Below, one piece after another: positions 58,449-64,000 of a DNA stretch of 64,000 nt. Within the stretch, counting starts at the first letter, position 1; the number at the start of each line of letters is the position of its first letter. The position numbers and the translations under genes were made by a program. Location: NCBI GenBank assembly GCA_963793305.1, contig CAWBZV010000010.1:1-64000 (forward strand), in the 5' to 3' direction. The stretch comes from an uncultured Gemmatimonadales bacterium (lineage in GTDB: Bacteria; Gemmatimonadota; Gemmatimonadetes; Gemmatimonadales; Gemmatimonadaceae). Under the pieces are notes generated by a model, which did no database searches, was not told where the DNA came from, and saw only the letters and a program-made list of their open reading frames with translations.

Positions 58449-59018
58449 ATGCACGCCGAGCCGGCGTCGCTCGTTTCACTTTTCGTAGCACCCCTCAACC
58501 GCCTCGGCCTGACGTACATGGTCACGGGGTCGCTCGCAACGTCGATCTATGGCGATCCCCGGCTAACGCACGACATTGACCTGGTCATCATCCTCCCCGA
58601 GGAAGGCGTAACCGCGCTCCATGCGGCGTTTGATGGCGCCGAGTTCTATGTACCGCCCGTTGACGTGATCGCCGTCGAGGCCCATCGGCCACTGTATGGC
58701 CACTTCAACATCATTCACACGGCGACGGCGCTGAAGGCCGACATCTATACGGTCGGGTCGGATCCTCTGCACCACTGGGCCATCGATCGGCGCCAGGCCA
58801 CCACGATCGACGGCGAAACCGTGTGGCTCGCGCCACCCGAGTACGTTGCGCTGCGCAAGTTGCAATACTTTCGCGATGGTGGATCCGAGAAACACCTCCG
58901 GGACGTGCGCGCGATGCTCCGGCAACTCGGCCCCGAGATCGATCACGCAGTGCTCGAACGTGAGGCAATGCGATTGGGTCTCCAGACGCAGCTTGCGATG
59001 GTCACGGCACAGCCGTAG
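58449..59018 (+). CDS. nucleotidyltransferase-fold putative toxin (MenT1/DUF6036-like)
   Basis: TGSLA...YGDPRLTHDIDLV and KL.......KHLRDV. Confidence 0.75.
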   Translation: MHAEPASLVSLFVAPLNRLGLTYMVTGSLATSIYGDPRLTHDIDLVIILPEEGVTALHAAFDGAEFYVPPVDVIAVEAHRPLYGHFNIIHTATALKADIYTVGSDPLHHWAIDRRQATTIDGETVWLAPPEYVALRKLQYFRDGGSEKHLRDVRAMLRQLGPEIDHAVLEREAMRLGLQTQLAMVTAQP

Positions 59019-59024
59019 CCGTCA

Positions 59025-59534
59025 TCATAACGACGGATCCTTCGCCGTCGGCGGCAGCAGGCCATTGAGTCGCAGATAGATCGCGACCTGGCTGTAGTGG
59101 TCCGACCAGTGGGCCACCGCGTTGATCAAGGCCAGCGCGCGCGTTTCCGTCTCACCGCCGGACGAGAGGGGCTCGCCGAGCCGCGTGTCATTGAGCGAGG
59201 CGAGCGCCGTATCGCAGAACGCGAAGGTCTGCTCGAGGCGCGCGACCAAGTGCTTCTTGGTGTCTGTCGCCACCAGTGTCGGGCGCGGCGGTGCGTCGAT
59301 CCCCGCGACCACGCTGCACAGGATGTCGTTGTCCTCCGCCAGATGGACGACGACCTCGCCGAATGTCATCTGCGCCTTGGTGGGCTTGTAGGCGTACTGG
59401 GTCGCCGGCATCTCCTGGGCGGACAACACGAGGCGTTTGGATTCGCGCCGCACGTTGGCGCGGAATGCGTCGGCGACCGGAGCGGTCTGCGCCAGAGCGG
59501 CGAGCGGAAAGCAAAGGATGAGAGAATAGCGCAT
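59025..59534 (-). CDS. secreted DinB-family protein, paralog of 13994..14515
   Basis: YKPTKAQM, TFAFCD and HYSQVAIYLRLNGLLPP. Confidence 0.85.
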   Translation of the reverse strand: MRYSLILCFPLAALAQTAPVADAFRANVRRESKRLVLSAQEMPATQYAYKPTKAQMTFGEVVVHLAEDNDILCSVVAGIDAPPRPTLVATDTKKHLVARLEQTFAFCDTALASLNDTRLGEPLSSGGETETRALALINAVAHWSDHYSQVAIYLRLNGLLPPTAKDPSL

Positions 59535-59576
59535 GCCGCAACCAAGCCTGACGAATTGCGCTAATCAAGCAGGCCG

Positions 59577-59590
59577 TTGTACTAGTACAA
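59577..59590. promoter_or_regulatory. perfect palindrome, candidate GntR-family operator
   Basis: TTGTACTAGTACAA, 3 nt before the MocR start codon. Confidence 0.7.
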
Positions 59591-59593
59591 TCT

Positions 59594-61001
59594 ATGAGCG
59601 CCTGGATTCCACCGCCGCTGGCGACTGACCGGCCGGCCTACCTCGGGATCGCTGACGCGATCGGCGATGCCATCGCCGCGGGAACGCTCGCCGGCGGCCA
59701 ACGCTTGCCCACCGTTCGCGAGCTCGCGACGCATCTCGGCATCGCGACCGCGACGGCATTGCGAGGATACGCCGAGGCGGAGCAGCGCGGGCTCACGACC
59801 GGGACCGTGGGACGCGGGAGCTTCGTGCGGCCCGCGGAAGAGATCCAAGCCGCTTGGCGCGCGCCGTTTTCGATGCGCGGGTTCGTCGCGCCCGGCGTCT
59901 ACGATCTCCGATCGCGGGTCGTGCCCGGGCCCCCGGCGTGGGCGACGCCAGAGGGCTTTCGCGAGTTGCTCCCGGCACCGAGGCATCAGGCAGCCCTGCT
60001 CAGCGTCGCGTACACGCTCACCGACGGCACCGACCCGTGGATGCTGCGCGAAGCCGGCGTCCAATGGGCCGAGCGGTGCGGCGTGCGACTCACGCCGGAA
60101 CATGTGCTGATCGCCGCCGGCGGCCAGCATGCGGTCGCGGCCGCCCTCTCCGCGGTCAGCCCCACGCGCGCACCGGTCGTCGTTCCAGCGCTCGCCAACT
60201 CGGGCGCGCTCATTGCGGCGCACCGACTCGGCATCCCGCTCGTACCAGTGCGCGCCGATGCACACGGGTTCGACGCGAGGCATCTCGGAGCGCGTCTGTC
60301 GTTCGGCGCATCCATGCGCCATTTACTGCGCGCCGGCCTCCGGCAATCCGATGCCCTCGGCGATGTCGACGGATCGCCGCGCTGCCCTCGTGCACATCGC
60401 GACACAGCACAAGCTGTGGATCATCGAGGACGACGAGGCGGGAGTCATCGTCCAGCGCGACGCCCCGGCGCTCGCCACGCTGCTTCCGCGGCAGACGCTG
60501 TGGCTCGGCAGCGTCGCCCAATCGCTGGGATTCGGGTTTCGCCTGGCGTTCGTCGGAGCGCCGCCGGCGCTCGCGGCGCCGATGCAGGAAGCGTTGCGCG
60601 CGTTCGCGTGGACGGCGGCGACACCCGGCGCGTTGTTGGCCGCGCGCTGGCTCGCCGATGGCACGATCGAACGCGTCATTCGCCTGCGCCGCGCGGCCAT
60701 CGCGCGACGGCTCGCGGTCGTCACGCGCGCCCTCGGCCGGCGACGATACGTGATGATGCGGGGCGTGCCATACGTGTGGCTCGAGGTCCCACCGGGGTGG
60801 CGCGCCGACACGTTGCACGCCGCGCTCCTTGCGGCCGGCGTCTCCGTCGCGCCGTGCGCGCAGTTCACGGCCGGTGCGGTCCGCCCGCCACAGGGAGTCC
60901 GGCTGTCCGCCGGCGCGCTGTTGTCGATCGGCCAGTATGCCGACGCGCTGCGCCGGGTCGCCAACGTCTGTGCGCACCCATCGCGAGCCCGGTTACTTTG
61001 A
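59594..61001 (+). CDS. MocR/GntR family regulator with PLP aminotransferase-like domain (+1 frameshift at ~60287)
   Basis: GQRLPTVRELA and VGRGSFV HTH; WIIEDD and GFRLAFV after the frameshift. Confidence 0.88.
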
Positions 61002-61005
61002 ATCC

Positions 61006-61920
61006 GTGACGACGCGCGTGTGGTACCTCGTCGTGTGGTGCGCGTTGGGCATACGCGTTCCGCCACCAGACCGCCAAGTGGCCATCACGATCGACGACCT
61101 GCCTTATGCGACTGTCGGCGATCGAGCGACGGATGCGTCGGACTTCCGGCGCGCCGACTCCGTCAACCGCGCCATCGTCGCGACGCTCGTCCGACGGCAC
61201 GTTCCCGCGACTGGCTTCGTCAACCAAGCCCGCGCGGAAGGCCTCGGCGACACATTGGGCGTCAAGATCCTGAAACGATGGACCGATGCCGGTCTCGACC
61301 TCGGCAACCATACGTACTCGCACCCCGACCTGAATCAACTCTCGGCCGATCGCTTCGAGGACGAGATCGTTCGCGGAGAAGCGGCGATTCGGCCGGTCCG
61401 ATACTTTCGCTTCCCGTTCAATCACACCGGAGACACCAAGGAGAAGCACGACCGCATCGCGGCATTTCTGTCGCGACGCGGGTATCGAGTGGCCACCTGC
61501 ACGATCGAGAACGATGACTGGGTGTTCAACGCCGCGTACGTGCGGATGCTGGCTCGCGGTGATACGGCATCCGCCGCACGCGTGCGAGCGCAGTACCTGG
61601 CATACACGGCGGCGAAGATTGCGTACTTCGGGAACCTGAGCCGGCAGGTGCTGGGTTACGAGCAACCGCAGGTCATGCTACTCCACGCGAACGACCTGAA
61701 TGCCGCCATGCTCGACAGCGTCCTCACGCTGTTCGAGCGGGAGCGCTATCGGTTCGTCTCACTCGATGCCGCGCAGTCCGATCCGGCGTATCAGATTCCC
61801 GATACGGTGATTACGCCGGACGGTCCGATGTGGGGATATCGGTGGGCCCGAGCGCGGCACATCACGGTGAATGGGGCGCTCGAGCCCGAGATTCACGGAG
61901 AGATCCCGAGCTCGCGATAG
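61006..61920 (+). CDS. polysaccharide deacetylase (CE4)
   Basis: ITIDD, NHTYSHP, FRFPF and LLH; TACTTT-N6-GTG. Confidence 0.9.
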   Translation: MTTRVWYLVVWCALGIRVPPPDRQVAITIDDLPYATVGDRATDASDFRRADSVNRAIVATLVRRHVPATGFVNQARAEGLGDTLGVKILKRWTDAGLDLGNHTYSHPDLNQLSADRFEDEIVRGEAAIRPVRYFRFPFNHTGDTKEKHDRIAAFLSRRGYRVATCTIENDDWVFNAAYVRMLARGDTASAARVRAQYLAYTAAKIAYFGNLSRQVLGYEQPQVMLLHANDLNAAMLDSVLTLFERERYRFVSLDAAQSDPAYQIPDTVITPDGPMWGYRWARARHITVNGALEPEIHGEIPSSR

Positions 61921-63878
61921 AGCTCGGCGCTCCGATAGAGCACGCCCCCGCGCACCGTCAACTCGACCTTGCGGATATCGCTGATGGTGGTCGTCGGATC
62001 GCCATCGACGAGAATCACATCCGCCTGTTTGCCCTCGTCGATCGATCCTCGCTCTCCGTCGTGCTTCATGATGCGCGCGGCCCCGATCGTCGCGATCTGA
62101 AGCACCGCCGGCGCCGGTATCCCGGCCTGCACATACAGCTCCAGCTCGCGATGCAGCAGGAACCCCGCGAACCCATCGGTCCCCGCGACGATCGGCACGC
62201 CCGCGCGATAGAGCTCGCCCACCATTCGAATCATGGCCGCATACGAATCGCGGTACCGCTGATCCATGCCCGGCGGCACGGGGAGGCCGCCGCCATAGAG
62301 GCCGCGCCGCACCTGGGCCGGCAATCGGTCGGCGATCATCCCGAAGCTCGCCGATATCGTTCGCGGGCGGCCGACGAACATATCCTCGAATGTGCCGACG
62401 GTCGGATCGATGTCCGCGTGATGGTCCTTGAGCAACTGAAAGAAGTCGCGCACGCGCTGCGACTGGAAGTCCAGCGAGGCGCCATCCTGGGCCACGGCGG
62501 TGAAGCGCGACATGGCCCGCGTGTCGCGGACCGTATCCATGAAGTTCAGCATCATGAAGTTGACGTGCTGGACTTCGTTGAACCCGAGCGTCACGACCTG
62601 CGCGGCCGTCATGAACGCCGGGACGTGACCGCTGACTCTGAGCCCATGCTTGTGGGCCTCGTCGATGATCGCCGGCACCAGCTCGGGTTTCATCGAGCTG
62701 TACACCTTGATCTGCTCGAAGCCGAGCGCCGCATACCGATCGACGTCCGCTCTCACCTCGGCTTCGTTCGACGCGAGCAGCCCGATCGGCACCTGGTACG
62801 GCCCCGGCGAATCGATCATGCCCGCCAGCACGAGCCTCGGTCCGATCGCCGTCCCGTCATCAAATTGCTTTCTCAAACGCAGAACGACCGACGTGTCGTT
62901 CCCCATGTCGCGCCCGGTCGTGACGCCGGCGGCGATGTGCAGGAGGCCGTCGGAGCCGGGTGCGATATGCACGTGCATATCCCAGAGGCCCGGGAGCAAC
63001 GTCTTTCCCGTCGCGTCGATGATCGTCGCGCCAGCGGGCGGCGTCACCTGGGCATCGTCCGCCACGCGCTCGATCTTGTCGCCACGAATGACCACCGTCA
63101 TGTGCGGTCGTATCGTCGCCGTGGTGGCGTCGAACATCGCCGCGTGTTGGAACACGAGTACGGGCGAGTGATGCGCGAGTCGCTGAGACACGCGGGCCAT
63201 GCGGACGGTCTCGGTCGAGTCCTGCACGGCGATCATCGCCGGCACGGCTGACTCCCAGCCCAAACGAATCGTGCTGCTCCAACTCGACACGAACCCGAAG
63301 AGTTGGCCGTCCGCGTCGAGCCACACTGGACTGGGGCTGAATCCGAGCCCCGAGACGTTCCACTCGGTGACGGTCCGCGAGCGACCGTTGGTGTGCAGTG
63401 TCAGCGTGCGGACCTTCTCGATTGACGCCTCGCCCGACGGGAGCAACGGCATCCGGTGGTCGGGCGCGGCAATGAGCGCCTGTGGCAATCCCGCCGTCGG
63501 AGGGCCATCGACGTTGACGTAGAAGCCCGGACGGGCCGCGCCGCTCACATCGCCCTCGACGCTATTGACCCATCGCATCGCGTGGCCGTCGGTCGAGAAA
63601 TGTTCGTCGACCGTGTCTTTCAGATAGTTGTGGCCGACGATGGTCAGCTGTCGCGGCGCGCCATTGGCCGCGGCGAGACCGTGCTCGACGACATGCGGTC
63701 CGCGACCACGGTCATTGAACTCGTAGTCGGCCCACCACTCCGCGGATGATCCCCGAAGCGTCAGATGACCCTGGGGTCGATCCGAGAAGAGGACCGTGTA
63801 ACGCACGCTGTCCCGTGGGCTTTGCGCCGCGGCCACGACCGGGAGCACCAACGCGAGACTCCAGAGTGTCGTTTTCAT
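61893..63878 (-). CDS. secreted amidohydrolase family protein
   Basis: Signal peptide; PGLWDMHVH, SGHV, AGTD and GKQAD. Confidence 0.9.
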   Translation of the reverse strand: MKTTLWSLALVLPVVAAAQSPRDSVRYTVLFSDRPQGHLTLRGSSAEWWADYEFNDRGRGPHVVEHGLAAANGAPRQLTIVGHNYLKDTVDEHFSTDGHAMRWVNSVEGDVSGAARPGFYVNVDGPPTAGLPQALIAAPDHRMPLLPSGEASIEKVRTLTLHTNGRSRTVTEWNVSGLGFSPSPVWLDADGQLFGFVSSWSSTIRLGWESAVPAMIAVQDSTETVRMARVSQRLAHHSPVLVFQHAAMFDATTATIRPHMTVVIRGDKIERVADDAQVTPPAGATIIDATGKTLLPGLWDMHVHIAPGSDGLLHIAAGVTTGRDMGNDTSVVLRLRKQFDDGTAIGPRLVLAGMIDSPGPYQVPIGLLASNEAEVRADVDRYAALGFEQIKVYSSMKPELVPAIIDEAHKHGLRVSGHVPAFMTAAQVVTLGFNEVQHVNFMMLNFMDTVRDTRAMSRFTAVAQDGASLDFQSQRVRDFFQLLKDHHADIDPTVGTFEDMFVGRPRTISASFGMIADRLPAQVRRGLYGGGLPVPPGMDQRYRDSYAAMIRMVGELYRAGVPIVAGTDGFAGFLLHRELELYVQAGIPAPAVLQIATIGAARIMKHDGERGSIDEGKQADVILVDGDPTTTISDIRKVELTVRGGVLYRSAELYRELGISP

Positions 63879-64000
63879 CGCATAGACCGTACTCTACGCG
63901 GGCATGGCCGTCAATAACACGCTAGATCAGCTACCGCCTTCGCGCTGTCGCTCCCGCATGGCGAGCGAGCTCAGACATCCACGTGCGACCGCCATACACG

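Overview
GC-rich bacterial chromosome segment. Gene content and protein style suggest Gemmatimonadota (inference). It holds about 55 mostly intact CDSs, four tRNAs (an Ala-Val-Arg operon on the minus strand and Arg-CCG on the plus strand) and a c-di-GMP-I riboswitch in front of a di-haem cytochrome lipoprotein. An accessory region of about 25.5-53.9 kb lies beside tRNA-Arg(ACG). It is marked by a 120-bp att-type direct repeat, a third copy of the tRNA's downstream hairpin, a tRNA-Met-like 3' fragment and several gene remnants; no integrase is visible. The most notable candidate systems are: (1) a LysR-controlled P450-ferredoxin-PanB operon; (2) a cysteine-less OhrR-like repressor with three consensus sigma70 promoters sharing an operator-like box, in front of itself, a CheB-CheR-kinase fusion and a small lipoprotein; (3) a pseudo-receiver/membrane/trypsin fusion; (4) a DUF2946/CruR-like Cys-rich leader ORF with a variant Pro-rich tail ahead of a Tat-exported DJ-1/YHS protein; (5) an MnoP-like porin/DtxR/cation-efflux metal locus; (6) a kinase-activated-type ECF sigma factor only about 15 bp from its divergent kinase. 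Many genes appear leaderless. At least five single-base insertions split otherwise intact genes and are probably sequencing errors. All calls come from reading motifs by eye; no database searches were run.
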